DNA from: Amoebophrya sp. A120
Taxonomy: Eukaryota > Protista > Dinoflagellata
Assembly (NCBI GenBank): GCA_905178155.1
Contig: CAJINV010000022.1
Location: 248,001-312,000 of the forward strand
Length of the DNA: 64,000 nucleotides
Direction: 5' to 3'
A program made the translations under genes and the position numbers. The notes under the pieces are model-generated. The model made no database searches, was not told where the DNA came from, and saw only the letters and a program-made list of their open reading frames with translations. Positions within the stretch are counted from its first letter, which is position 1; every line of letters starts with the position of its first letter. Below, in pieces: positions 25,901 through 40,900 of the stretch.

Positions 25901-28900
25901 GGCAGATTCCCAAGCGCCACTAGGTAATGCCTCTCATGGAGAGCCGCATGACACACATTCAGAGCATGCAGATCTGCATGACAGCTACGGGGTGGGGACG
26001 TTTTTACTCAGGATAGCGGAAAGTGGCGGAAAACTCGGGGAGAAAAAGATCGCGGCTTTCATCTTCTTGAAGCAGGCCGCTTATAAAGAGTACCTCCAGG
26101 TTTCCGGGATAGAAGACCTCGACTTGGGGATCACGATGCACGCGACAAACGGCGAGATCGTCGAAGCAGTAAAACCAAATTCCTGGGCGGGAAAGATCGG
26201 TTTGCAGAAAGGAGATGAAGTCACGGTTTTGAATATCATATGTAATAACGTCCCCACCCCATAGTCAACTTGGGATCTTAGCAACACAAATCAAGAAGTT
26301 TTCGGAGCCACGCATGACAAGTTGCAGTCCGTACTAGTGTAGTGCAGTTTAGCAAGTGCACCAGCATGACAAATCCATCTGCTCATCCCGCTTACAGCAT
26401 TACAAATTCCAAAACGCGATTAGAAATGCCTCTGCTCATGGAGATGCGCATTACAAATCTTCCTGTAATCGCAAATCGGCATGACAACTATGGCGTGGGG
26501 ACGTTTTTACTCAGGATATTGAATGATAAAGTGATTCCGGGAAAACAGAAGTATTACCAGCTCGTCGCTGAGCAGCTTTCGGTATCGCTGCAGGAAAAAA
26601 CTGTAGTTTCACTGGTGTAAACTTGTGATGCATAAAGAGGAGCACAGAAGTGATTTGTCTTGCTACACATGCAGCAAGAAAGTGGATGTTTAGCTGTGTC
26701 TTCCCTTAGGAAGCTTGCATGGCAAATTTTTTCTGTCATGTAGAGCGAACTTGTCATGCAAAACCTGCAAAATCCTTACAGTGAAGCACTTTTTTCGTAC
26801 GACATTCGGAGAAGGGCAGTAGGCCGATCGACCTGCTGTTCCGGAGAAAGGGAGGCTTTCCGGAGAAGGTCAAGAAAGAAAACGACGACGATTTATCCCG
26901 CCCTCTTCCGGACAAGTGGAAGCAGGCGCTGATGATGGGCAAGTCCGGGTCGGCGAAGCAATTGTTTCTGCCGGACAAAAACGCGAAGAGTTTCTCCATC
27001 GCCCGGAAGAAGGAGCGGATCGAGACGGGCGAAATTGCGCTAGATTCCTACGTATCAAATGCACAAATCAAATGTCTGGGTCTGGAAACTTGTGATGCAA
27101 GACAGTCAACAACAAACTCATTGTAATGCGCTACCAAGCATAACAAGTTTTTTCGTGCTTTTGTGCTGCGTATTTCGCATGAGAAACTGTGTTTTTGCAT
27201 GACAGGCGAGAGAGGATGTTTGTGGCCACGCTATACAGATTTAAGGGCCATGCCAGATCAGCATGACAAGTCTCGCAATCTTGTTCCAGGCCCACACATA
27301 TTCGCAATTCATACTACGTGGAAGGGTCGGAAGCCGGAAGCCAGCTAAAAATCCACGTCGGAGATGCGAGTCTTCTGAAGAAAGCGCCCGCTGCGCCATC
27401 GGTAGTGGCCGCTGGGGCGGCTACAGGGAAATTCCCTTCAGCAGTTACCAAAGCTGCCTGGAAGAAGAGTCTGAATAGATCGAGTCTGGAGGAGGACGAC
27501 GACGAGGAAGAATCCTCCGAGGAGGAGTCGTCAGAAGAGGAAGAAGATGCGGAGGAAGAGAACGGCGCAGAAAATGCATCCCAAGCGGCCGCCGCCGCAG
27601 CAGCATCCGGTACTAGTAGCTCATCGAAAAAAGTGAAAGGAAAAGCAGCTGCAATCACCATCTCTCCCCCGACAACCACAGTTGCGGCGGCTCCGGTCGT
27701 GCTAGAACCTGCAAAGGACCAGGCAAAAATGAAACCCGTTGTCCCTACCGCCGCCCCTGTGATCCAAATTATGCCCAGCGGGTTGACAAAGAAAAAGCAA
27801 TCTTCATCCGGTCCGACAGTGCAGGTGATGGCACCGGCTGCACCTCCAGGAGCCGCGAGTGTTCAACATCAAACCGGTACAGCAGCTGGAGCAGCCCCCT
27901 CTGAAAATAAACCAGACTATCCCCCCTTCCTCCCGGCCTTGCTTATGTCCTGCTCGGATGTCGGGTCCATGGGCGTGAAGGGTTGGTTCTATCGCAGCAA
28001 AAAACTGTTTCACCGTGTTAAACTTGTAATGCGGAAAATGTATCTGAGAAGGGTTTGTCTTGCTACACGTGCAAGACAGTGGAGCTTTCGCTGTGTTGTT
28101 CTTGAGGTGCAGCCTTGTATGGGAAATTTTCTCTGCTATGTAGTAGAACAAACCTGTGATGCAAAACTTGCAAAACCAAAATCCTTACAGAAGTGAAACA
28201 CTTTTTATTTCTTGCGATAGGTTCCACAGTAGAGTCAACGTCGACATTCTCCGCGATACGAAAATGTCTTCAGAAGAGAAATTTCTCCGGTTGTTTGGCT
28301 TCGTGTTGGATTGGACGAGGTTTCCGTTTGTCTACGTGTCGAGAGTCGAGCCCATGACCCCGATATGCAGGGCAAAAGTATCGTAGTCATTAGTAATTGC
28401 AGTGTTATGCGATTGCAAATCTTTCTCCTAAGGTCAGGCAGCATCTCATGCTGATAATGCAATTCATACTACTACGATCATGCTTTTGCAATTCATACCC
28501 GAGCAACCGGAACAAGTCTTCGGCGAACAAACACTGTGTCCTCGAAAATGGGGATCTGTTGATCATGGTAAACGAGGAGAAAGTGACCACCGTGCCGGAG
28601 TGGCTGAAGCTGCATGACCAGACGGACAAGAAGACCACCGATCCGCACCACGCGATTTTGAATAACATCGATCGAAAGCTGAAAGATTTGGAAAAGCAAG
28701 GCATGAAGGGCATGGCGCACTCCGCGGCGTTTGGTTTCTTGAACAAAATCTACATTCCCGCGTATCTACAAGTGACGGCCGGGGAAGTATTGCGAGGAAA
28801 ATTTCCCCCTCCCGCTCCCCATACTGTTGCAGCGGTATACTTCTAAAAATTTGTGATGCTGATTTGTGACGACAAATCCTGCCTCTTTTGCAAGAGGGCA

Positions 28901-31900
28901 AATCCAGAGAAAAATCCGCCGCATCTTTGTGCAGGTGGTTTGTAATGCTGCCACGCCTACATGTGCATGGCACTGGCAGGACTCTGCTATGCTAAACACC
29001 AACACCAGAACACCCCTACGCAGGCTGAGGCTCTGCCTGCAGTGCCTCACTGCAAGACAGAGCTGATTGGTGTACACAAATCCAGCAACAGAAATTTCCG
29101 TTTCAATATGGGGAGGGGGCTTTTTTCACTGTGATAGGAAGACTTCCGCAATCAGCAGCTCGGCGTGACTGCGATGCGCGACAACTCCATGCAGACCAGA
29201 ACGGTGACGGGTGTAGCGCCCGGGTCCTGGTTTGAGAAGCAGGGACTAACTGTCGGCGATATCATTGTCGCGGTGAACAATGAGTTGGTTCAAAACAACA
29301 AACCGCTCGTTGACACCACCCTCTCCGCTGCCGGGGTATGCAATAGTACAAATTTCCTGTACATGTAGTACAAAGGGCAACATCACAAATTTCACCAATT
29401 CGGGGGGGCGTAACACTTGTAATGCTAAACTAGGATCGAAGCCCAGTTTTGCCATGCAGAGACTGCATTTGTACGTCGTGTACGGGAAATTTACTGTGGA
29501 TACAGGGCCCGTCCTGCGCACTTTCTCATCTTCCGCCGCGACAGCGCGCCATTTTCGGAACATATGCAAAGGAAAAAGTGGCACAGTTACACATTGTGTT
29601 GCAAAGCATGCAAGACAGACGACCTCTGTCATGCGCACAATGCTTGCGAGTCTCGTTTCGTGTGTGTTTTATTTGCCTTGTGATCTCTGCATTATATGAT
29701 CAAGCGAGGCAAATTTGTGATGCTGAATTCACTACAAATGTGTAACTGTAACACTTTTTTCCTTGGATAGAACAGCACAGAGCGAAAGTGCAAACCGATT
29801 TGACGAGGCAGCTACCGGACCCGTGGGGGGTGTTTTTGCAAGACAAAGCGAAAAACGCCTCCACCTACAATCCACAATCGATCGACTACAAGCCCCTGCC
29901 ACCCCCACCGCCGAGTAAGGACAACCCAACCGGGAAAGCGCCGAAAAACTCCGCGGAGGGTTTCGCCTACGACTGGCAAAAGAGGTATGACACGATCGGA
30001 TCGCAGATTGGGAAGGAAAAAGTTGCCGAGTTGGACAACGAGGGGAATAAGTATCAAATGTAAAAGTGTCTGGGTCTGGAAGATTCTGACACTTGTCATG
30101 CACGTTTTGCATGAGCCATGATGTCTGTGATGCATCCCCTAGCAATACAGATTTTTTGAGGGCTTCTTGGTGCGTATTCCGCATGACAAATGCCTTCTCA
30201 GCGTAGCAAAAACTGCCTTTCTTTTGGTACTCATGCAATACAGTTTTTTTTAGAATCCAAATTCAGCATGACAAGTTGGATTCTTCCAGACCCAGACATT
30301 TTTACAGTTGATAATAAGATGGTCATAACGAAATTCGGGTCCGTCACACAAGCGGACGCGAAGCAGCCGCTATGCATTGCAAATATGTCTGGGTCTGGAA
30401 GAGTGTGATGCTGCTTGTGCATGACACAGAAGCTCTGGCATGCAAGTCCTAGCATCACAGGTTTTGAGCAGGCTTGTTTCGCCATGCCTAATCCGCATGA
30501 CAAATACCGCCTTTGTGTGACACGAAGTGAGCAGCTTTTGCGGTCCATGCATGACAGATTTTTGTCTGGTATGAAACGCGCATCAGAAGTTTACATGTTT
30601 GCAGAGCCAGACAGATTTGCATTTGATAGCCCCTTGCAAAGAACAACATGCTCGTTCCGAAACAGAATTCGAAGTTCATGCAGCTGCCTACGAAGCGGAA
30701 ATTTGACGCGGTGGCAACGAAGTCGGTGAGTGAGGAGAAGATGAAGAAGTACAAGGACTTTTTCGCCGAAAATGCGCTCGTGAAACTGCAACGGAAGATC
30801 CGGAAACTGCTGCGGAAAAAAGACGACGACGAGATCGAGAAACACATCTTGTACTTGCAACGGTGGGACGAATCTTTGACCGTCGAAGCAGCACGGGAAG
30901 TCGCGGAAGCGACGAAGCAATACAGATCCGCAATCGCGTCTTCCGCGTTTTCCTCTGCGAAAAAGATGGGCGTTGCGGAAGAGCGAGAGAAGAAGCGAAC
31001 TGCTTTGGCGAAGCGACAAGCAGCCAGCGGAAAAGGACCGGCGGCAGCTCTTTCGAGCAAACCCTTAACCCAAGACGAGATCAAGCGACTCGGGATTTCA
31101 AAGCGACTCTCCGGGAGACAGCTACTTATCAAATGCAAAAGTATCGCATTCGTATAAATGCAAGTCTTGCATTACAAATCTTTGTCTTAAGGTAAATCCG
31201 CATTACAAATTTCATTTCTCATGCTGAGAAAATTTGTAATGCATTTATACGAGTGCGATACTTTTGCAATTCATACTACTAGCGTCGAAAAGATTCAGGA
31301 ACGCGATGGATGCGGAGACGAAAATTTTCGTGATGAACACGGAGACCATGCTGGAGAAAGCGAAGGCAGTCGCTGACAACGTCATCAAGGACAAGCAGAA
31401 CAAGAATTTAAATCTACAATCCAACCTGCCACTCCAAAGGCAGCACTTGGCGAAACTCCACGAACAGATGGATTTGTTGGAGATGCAGAAACCGTTGACC
31501 GTGGTCGCGGTTTCCAAGCAGTCGAGAAATTTACTCCCGCCGCATCTCGAAGCGGCCAGGACCAAGGCGATGAAATACTTGAGGTCCGCGGTCTTATCCG
31601 CTTTAGTCGTTTTGAAAAACCTGTACCGCTTCCTTGCCGGCCCGAATTCTCTCTTCGTGCCGAGAACCACGCATGCTGGGGTGAAATCGCTGGTGTTGCA
31701 GATTTTGGTGAGTAAGAGAAACGGGGAGAAAATCGAGAGCGAAACCTTTGCGGAGTGCGATTACAGGTTGGAGATGCTGCAGAAAACGGTCACGGACTTG
31801 TCCGATCTGTTCACGAGTCCAATGGCGCAATCGGAGATCAAATCGGACAGGGACGTGATCAGCAACCGCCTGAACATGAGCGCTTTTCACGACACTTCCA

Positions 31901-34900
31901 TCACTTGGCTGTTCCGGGAGGCGGGGGATGAGATCCTACGGACGAAGCAGAAGCTGTTGGTGCTACGGTCGAAATTGGATGACTCCCCGGCGGGCAGGAA
32001 TAAAGCGAAGCGATTTGGGACGGTTGTGCCCGGGGAAATTGCGGACAGTCTGGGGGTATCAACTGAAAATATGTCTGGGTCTGAGAGGATGGAACTTGTC
32101 ATGCTACCTTTGGACTATACATAAAACCTGTATTGCATGAACAGCAAAAGAGGTTGTACAGTTTTTGCCACGCCGCGAAGGGGGCACGGGCACTTCTCAT
32201 GCGGTATGAGCATCAGAGAGCTCTCGCATAATGTGTGATGCTCGGGAATGCGTCACAGACTTCATGGGTCATGGAAAATATGCATGACAAACTTGGCCCT
32301 TTATTTCCAGACCCAGACATATTTGCAGTGCATAATGGGAAATGTTGCTGTCAAGGAAAATGAAGCTGAAGGACGTGAGGCAGTTTTTTGAGGAGTATGG
32401 GAGGGATGTGAAAGTATTTTTGTGGTTTAGGTATTTTTTTTCGTCGTGTGCATTTTAACTGTTTTCCATATACTTAATCCATTTCCTCTCTGAAGATTTT
32501 TTCCCTAGTGATGTGATGGTTTGCGATGCTTGATGCTGCTGCCACGTGACGGGCGATTGCGTTTTTCTTCATCAACAAATATGTACACTACACATAATCC
32601 ATCTTCATGTTCATGATCAGGTGAAAGCCGAGCGCCGACAGCTCCGAGCGGAGGAAGCTAGGAACACTGAGCCGATTTACGATTCCCTTCAGGAGGGATA
32701 CGACGACTTCTCTTCGGACGACCCAGACTCCGACCAGGAAGGCATGGGCGCGAAAGACCAGCCGGTTACCATGGATGATATGCATTGCACTTTTCTCAAA
32801 AATTGTAATTCTGCTATGATGAACTAGCTAATCAAGTAAGAGATTTCTTGTCAACATGCAGAAGTATTGATGCTATTGCTACTTCTAGTAGTACGGTACA
32901 AGAACTTTTGCAATGCATAAATGATATCCGGAAGCAAATCGAATTAGAAGACTCCCCGGACCGAGACGCGCAGGTGCTCGGGAAGATCATTGGCAATGCC
33001 GCGTGGTGGCAGAGTTTCGGAACAGCAAATCCGATATGGCGTTCTCAAACGTTACATTCTCAATTGTTACATAAATTTGTCATGCAAAAGCACCATCATC
33101 ATCCACGCGATCCAGCTGCTTCGCATGACAAATTTGCCTCGGGCTAAGCAGCACCTAAATCTGTGCGGAGTTTGTAATGCTAAATGTGCAGCCTCCCCCC
33201 TTTGACTTTTGCTATTCTTGCATTGCAAATTCGTGTAACAGTTGAGAATATAACGGTTGAGAACGCCATATCCGAATGAGAGGACTTTGAATCGGAGCAG
33301 AATCGGCGGGAAAACGCCGGACAATTTCGGCCTGTACGCAACACCGAACGAACCGAAGTATCAAACGGAGATTAAGCTGTCGGATTTGGAAACGGTGGCG
33401 TACCAGCGATCGCGGTTGAAGAAACAAACGCGGCCGGGGAACAGAACCGGGTTCCTGAAGGAGCAGATGGATCTGGCAAAGCCACCGGTTGTGATAGGCG
33501 GAGCTGGTGCTGCTGGGTTGAGTAAATCTGTGCAGTACCTGTTCTATGAAGATGAGGAGGAGGAAGTGGATGATGGTCGTCCTGCTGGTCTTTCGCTATC
33601 GCAGCCAGGAGAACAACAAGATAAGTCCTCTCCGCGTGTTTTTGAGCAGGAGGAAGAAGTCGACGACACCGCGAGTAAGATCCAATCCGAGGAAGGTAGC
33701 AGCGACGCAACCGAGCCAGTGCCGGATATGTTTGATGTTCTTGCGGAGGACGAGGAAGCAGCTCCACCAGCGTTTGAAGAGGTAGATGAGCAGCAACGGG
33801 AGCAGCTACAACAGCAGGAGCACCTCCGCCGGGATTACAACTGGGATAAAATAAATTTCGACCATGATGAAGATTCATCTGAAGGTGAAAGCAGCAGCGA
33901 CACCTCTCCCATGAAATGGAAGCTCGGGGAAAGTTTGGAGGGCTCGTTTGACGACGTGGCCGAGGAAGATGATCAAGATCAAGCGGGTTGGTCGCAAGCA
34001 CACAGCTCTTCATCTCTAGAAGATGATAGCGAAAACTTCCGCAAACACCTGAACGAAGACGCCGCCTTCGAGAGAGAAGTTCTAGCTGCAAGTAGACCTC
34101 CCCGGGTGGAGTTTGGCCGAGCATCGACGTATGTCCAAGAAGAAGATGCCGCTCTGTTGGAGGAGCAGGAGCAGCATCATTTTCAAGAGCAGATGCAGAA
34201 CAGCATCATTTTACAAGATGAATTTGAATATCCTCGCCGGCGTTACGGCCCGCCAGCGCCAAGGAGGACTGATGATCATCTCAGACATCTTCCAGGACGA
34301 GCGTCAATCACGGAAACAAAATTCTTCTTCGAAGGTTCGCACGAGGCCCCCGCAGTAGAAGATGATCCGTTGTCTTCAGATGGTGATAACGACGATAATT
34401 TTTCAACATCTCAACTTTCGGAGGCTTTTTGTTCTGATGCGGACTTGTCTGATGAAGACGAGGAGGACGATGAACTCCTGTCTGCGTCGTTGTCAATAGG
34501 CAGCAGGGCTGCTGCACGACCGGGAGGTCGACTGGGCAATGCAGATAGAAATCCCACCGCAACAAGAAATATCATGCGCTCCGTTTCGAACTCTACCAGC
34601 AACTACTCATCTCTCTCAAGACCACCTACGAAAAAGACGAGAAACAAATTGCTCCCCATACCATCTGTGTTGGCAATTCAGCATGGCAACTTTGGCGACT
34701 CTGCGTCTTCCTCGCCGTCGTCGTCTTCTTCGGTGGGCAGCTGTCAGCGTCGTGTGGCCGGGGGGAAGTGCGGTTATGATGAAGAAGATGTTGGCACCAG
34801 ATCCCTCGCAGCAGGCTCTTCCGACGGGGATTCGAATTCGTATTTCGGGAGGTCTCCCGTCAGCAGCACCCCAGCGTCCTCATCCTCCCTTCGGAATAAA

Positions 34901-37900
34901 AAGAGAAAAATCAGAGCGGATTTTTTGAACTCAGATCTCGAGGACGAGCCGGGTGAACAAGATGCTGGTGCACGGAGCAGTCCAGACGTCCGCTATTACC
35001 GCGCGGATTCCATGTCACCTCCTATCGGGAGTCGGCGCGCGAGGAATGTTGACAGCGACTGCTCGTCGAAGCAGCATGACGAAGGAGAGCTTCTACAGCC
35101 GAAGACCGAAGAACGCCATTTGTCTGCCCCACTGCAGCCTCCATTCATGGAAGGTACGCACGAGCGTAGCAACGTGAGTTCGAAGCAGTCGCAAACGTCT
35201 TCTAGAACGATTACGACCCGCATTAACACCGGGACGGCACTGCACGTGCACCAACGGGATCCTCAGCAGCTTCATCGGGAGCAGCGGCCTGTCCTGACGG
35301 GCTCTTCGGCGTCGTCCTCATCCTCTTCGAGTAACAGAGGCACGACGAGACCGGGTTCTTCAATGTCTTCGTGGCAACGAGAACGACGACGAGGGGAGGA
35401 ACTTTACAACCACTCATTGGCCGTCGGTGGAAGATCAGCAACAAGAACACAGGAGTTGTATTCTCAGCAGGTTGATGTCAAAAATAGCGTCCCGACAGCA
35501 TCTTCTTCTTCAACAGCCTCAGCGTCAGCCTCAGCCTCAGGCAGTCAACGACGCGTGGGCTGGAGCGTTTTGTCGAGTGGACACCTGCATTTGCCACAGC
35601 ATCATGGTGGACGAGGATCTGCAATGGGCACGGACCACCCCCGTCATAGAAGTCCTCTCCCAGCACCACATTCCGCAACAGCTGCGTCGAGTAGAAGCGC
35701 AGCGTCGAGAAGAACTACGAAGAAGCATCAAGACAAGGTCTTCCTTTTCGCGAGCGACGCTGTGCACAAACACGAAGAGGAATGGGAAGATTCAAGTGAT
35801 GACGACGATGATGGCGCGTTGGATTTCCACGCCCCGGCCGCAAAATTGCTGGACGAACACCACTACGCATTGCAAAAGTATCGTACTCGTAGTAATCGCA
35901 GTCATGCGTATACAAATCTCCTTCTTAGCATAAATCCGCATTACAAATTTCATTTTTCATGCTGAGGGAATTTGTCATGCTATTTCTACTAGTACGATGC
36001 TTTTGCATTCCATAACCACGCTGCGGCGACGAAAGCGGGTAGTAGTACAGTAGGAGGTGTAGTTCCCTCGACCTTAGTGCCCCAGCACGTCGCGGGGACC
36101 TCTAGTTCTGATGAGCTGGATTTGGACGGAGGAATTTCCACTTCTACTGTAGCGGCGAAAGCAAATGCGAAGAGTGGGGGCGCAGCTGTTGCTGTTGCAA
36201 CTTCTAAGCCAGCACAAGCACCAGCTTCCTCGTCAACAGCGCCGTCCACCGCTGCACAGTTACCACAGCCCCCCAGTACAAAGGCGGCGAAGCCTGGCGC
36301 ACCAGCAGTAGTACCACTACAACCACAAACAGCTCCGCCTGCTGCGAAGGTGATAGTCAAAGCTGGGACTGCAAAATTAGTCGCTTCTTCGTCCTCATCG
36401 GGTGACGAAGCGCTGGATTTTCACCCGATTTATCACACCAAAATGTGCAGCTGTCAACGACGTTAGGTAGATCTTGTCACAGGACGAGGTGGTAGTCACG
36501 CATGAGAAATTTTGCCTAGCGTCTGTGCTATGCAATACAAGTTTTAGCGTGTTAGTGTTTCGTTATTTCTGCATGCGCAACTGCAAGACAAATTTCGCTT
36601 GATTGAAATGTTAGCACCTTTTGGTATGATACGATTCCAAAAGCCAACGCGGCCGCCGCATTTCTGGATGAGCATCACGCCGCGGATATCCTGAGAAAAA
36701 ACGTACCCACACCAGAGTCAGGATGGGGATTTTGCAACGCAAACCTAGGGGTTTTGTGAGTCACGCATGACAAGTTGCACTCTGCAGTGTAGTGCAGGTT
36801 AGCAAGTGCAGCCGCATCACAGATTCATCTGCTCATCCTGTTCACAGCATCACAAATTCCAAAACACGATTGGAAATGGCTCTCATGCGGATGCGCACTA
36901 CAAGTCTTCCTGTCTTTGCAAATCTGCATTACAACTCTGGTGTGGGTACGTTTTTCCTCAGGATAGCGGAAAAAGCGGGGAGTACCGTGAAGCCGCACGA
37001 ACTAGTGGCGCAGCATGTAGCCGGGACCTCGAGTTCTGACGAATTGGATTTGGCGGTAGTCAACGCGAAGGCAAAAAGCAGCACGGGTGCAGCTGGAGGT
37101 GTTGTTTCATCAGCACCGTCGACTGTTGCAGCCCAGCCTCCGGCAGCAGGAGGAGGCGCTTCTGGAGGTGCGGCAAAACCTCCTCCTGCTTCGGGGGTAC
37201 GAGGTCCTGCAGTTGCGGCACCTCCAAAAGCTACGAAGGCTGAGGCAAAAGGAGCTCCGAACAAGGCCAAAGCACAAGCAGGGGCTATTGCAGCGGGAGC
37301 TGCAGGAGCTGTTGTGAAAACAACCGAACAAGGCGATCAAGAAGATGAGCCAACTTCTGACGATTTGGACTTCGAGAAGCTGGAAGAGGAGAAGAAAGAG
37401 GAGGACGCAGCGAAGGCGAAGGCGAAAGCCAAAACTGGTGCAGCCGCGCCACCAGCAGTTGTAGAACAAAGCTCTTCCTCTTCTGGGTCGTCGTCCGGCT
37501 CTTCCTCCACCACGGGAGATGAGGACGAAGAAACTTCTGCACCTGGTGCAGCCGCAGGATATCGAATGCAAATATGTCTGGGTCTGAAAGATGGCAACTT
37601 GTGATGCTGCATTTGGATTCCAGAAAAAATTGTATTGCATGACCAGCAAGTAGAGGAGTCGACTTTGTGCTACGCGGCGGAGAGGGCATTATTTTTCATG
37701 CACTTTACGCATCAGAAAGCCCTCAACAAAAAGTCTGTGATGCTAGGGCATGCATCACAGACATCATGGGTCATGCAAAATGTGCATGACCAGTCTTGCA
37801 TTCTTGCAGACCCAGACATCATATTTGCAATGCATACAGGAGCAGCAGACACAACTTCTGCCGCCGCCCGCCAAACCCTCCCTGACGCCGCGACTGCCCT

Positions 37901-40900
37901 CGACACGGTACCCGCTACGACCCCCGCACCGCCGTCCCCTTCTATCCTGAGTAAAAACGTCCCCACGCCAGAGTTGTAATGCAGATTTGCAAAGACAGGA
38001 AGACTTGTAATGCGCATCCCCATGACGAGAGCCATTTCCAATCGTGTATTGGAATTTGTGATGCTGTGAACACGATGAGCAGATGAATCTGTGACGCGGC
38101 TACACTTGCTAACCTGCACTACACTGCGGAGTGCAACTTGTCATGCGTGACTCCCAAAGCTCCTAGGTTTGTGTTGCAAAATCCCCATCCTGACTCTGGT
38201 GTGGGGACGTTTTTACTCAGGATACCTTCCTCCGGTCCGTTAAGTTCGCCGAAGTCTTCGCCCCCACCGGCAGCGCCGAAAGCTGTTGGCGGTAAGGCGG
38301 CCGCGATAGGGGCTAAGAACAAACCGGCTACGGCACATAAACACCACCACCACCACCACCATCATAAAAAACCTGGAGCAACTTCTTCTTCTGCCGTTTC
38401 TGGGAACAAGAAGTCGGCTTCTGCTGCACCAGTCGGAGGAGGACCTGTTCCAAAAGCCAAGCTGGTATCGGCGCCTGTGATAAAAAGCCAGCTGGTGGTC
38501 GTTGCACCTTCCACGTCGGGGGTACAACCAGCGAAGCAAAAGCAACCACCCGGCGCGAGTGTGAAATTCTCCGTGCCGGAAATAAAACAATACAGCATCT
38601 CGCCAACGAGTAATAGTTCTTCCCCACAAGGAGGTCAAGGTCAAGGAGCTCAACCCGCTGCGCAGCCGAAAACTACAACCCCGGTGCAACAGCAATCCAT
38701 TCTTGGCCAGAGTACCGCAGCCGCATCGGGGACAACCACGAAAGGCGTCGCAGCGGCTTCGGGAAAAACAGCAGCAGGGGAAGAATCTGCCTCTCTGCAG
38801 GAGCTCTCGGTTGTCGAAACTACAAATGCGCAACTGCAGGCCAAAGCTTCGCCACCCACAGCACAAGGCAAAGCCTCCTCAGCACCACCCGGCGTTCCTC
38901 TAACAAGTCCGCGGAGCCTGGGTGGCGTCAAGCCCTCGGGGCGGGTGACAAGCGCGGAAAATGAGAGTCAGAATCAGGCTGTTGAACTTATACCCCGCTC
39001 AGGTGTTACAATCTCAAGCGTTGCAATAGAATATGGAGATCTGTGATGCAAGAGTGCATGATCTGGCCAACTCTCATGAGATTGCGCATGACAAGTTCCA
39101 GAGCCCCAAACCCCACTACGATCTGGCAAAATTTGTATTGCAGAAAGTGGAACGCTCTGCAAGTCTGTCATGCTCATCAGGCAAGACAAATCTCAGGTTC
39201 TACTGTAACGTTTGAGATTGTAACAGCACCTGAGCGGGTTATAACACTGGATCAAAAGATCGATTTGTCCTCGTCTTCTGCGGAGGAGAGGAAGGTAGAG
39301 GCGGAAATCAAGAACCAGGTCGTTGTGAAACAACAAAGTACTAAACTATCTTCGGAACAACAATACGATGAGTCGAGCTCCTCTCCAGATGAGTTGGAAG
39401 ATACGAGTAAGAAAGAAGACAACAAAGCTGCAGCTGCTGGTGTAACATCTAGCTCCTCTGCTGTCAAGGCTGGTGCTGGAGCCGCTGTTGCAAGTACCAC
39501 CTCAGCAGGGGCGGGCACATCATCGGCCGCATTGATTGTGAAGCCCTCAGGCGCGTTACCATCATCGGTCATCGAGCCGGTCGGGGCTGCGTCCTCGGCC
39601 TCGTCGTCTGAAATAGAACCTCCAGCAGGATCTGGTACTAGTGCACCGAAACAGACCTCAACTAGACCTCCACAGATCTACCAGCCTAAACCAGTGATAT
39701 CGCAGTCCCCAGGTGGAGGTCGTGGTGACAAGAAACCGGATGTTGAACAGCCCCTAGTAACCGTAAGCGAGGCGAGGCTAGCCGCGGCGCGACAGGCCGC
39801 AAAGGAAGAGGAACGGAGGCAGTGGGGGCGGAAGATCGAGCAGGCCATTGCGCAGGCAAGGAAACAGTGCGCGATCCTTGCAATGGAGCGGCACGACGAA
39901 GTGAAGCGCGGCGGGGTGGTATGAGAATGCACAACTCGTCGTCCCCTCGTCCCCCTCAAATTTGTCATGCAAAATACCAAACCAACGCTGTGCCTTTTTG
40001 CATCGTCTGCATGACAAGCTTATTTTGTATTATCCCAAACAGCTGCACTAGTACCTGCCTGTGGTCGTGCGAATTTGTTATGCAAAAGCTGCACTCTTGC
40101 TGACGCTTGTATTGCTGTTTATGCGATACGAATGAGGGAGAGGGAAACAAGTTGTGCACTGTCATAGGTGATTGCCCTGCGCGCACTGGAGGTGGAAACG
40201 CACGCAGTGTGGAAAAAGAAGCTGAAGGAGCTGCGCTCCTACGCAGATTCGGTCGTAGGCCTCGAGGACACGAATCTGTTCCAGGGACTAAAATTGGACA
40301 AACAACAGCAGGACGCGCTGGAACAAGAAATTATGGAGCGGAATAAGCAGAAAAAGCTAAACGCAGAGAAGGACGCGGCGAAGGATGCTAGCAATAGTGC
40401 ACAACAAGCGCAGACAAATCAGAAATCGTCCTCATCATCCTCCAAAGTCGATCTCGAAGAAGCTATTGAAAAAGAGAAACAAAAATCTTCCTCCCAGTTG
40501 AAAGAGTTGCAAACCAAGTTTGACGCGCAGCAGGAATACATCCAGCAGGTGGAAAACATCGTGGAAGTTTTGCACAACGCCCGCCAGCACGATCAGGACC
40601 AGTATCAGGAGAAGGTGAAAGAGCTGAAGGTATCGCGAGGAAAAACGTCTCCACCCCAGAGTTGTAATGCTGATCTGCATTCTACTGAAAATGTTTTTCA
40701 TGCGGAGACCCATGAGAAGCTGTTTCTTTTGGTGTTGTGAGATTTTTGATGCTCAAATCCGCATGGTATGGTAGATCTTCTGTGACGCTTCTGCACTAGC
40801 TAAACGCACCTACATTGCGAGCCCAATTTTGTCATGCGCAACAGCCAAAGCCTGGTCATTTGTCTAGCAGAATCCCCATCTTGACTCTGGTGTGGGGACG

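Noticed and set aside
14600-31126. Nucleosome-spaced insertion sites, as reported for algal introners
   Set aside because: Exon lengths (44, 49, 73, 91, 149, 178, 274, 593 and so on) show no obvious period by eye.
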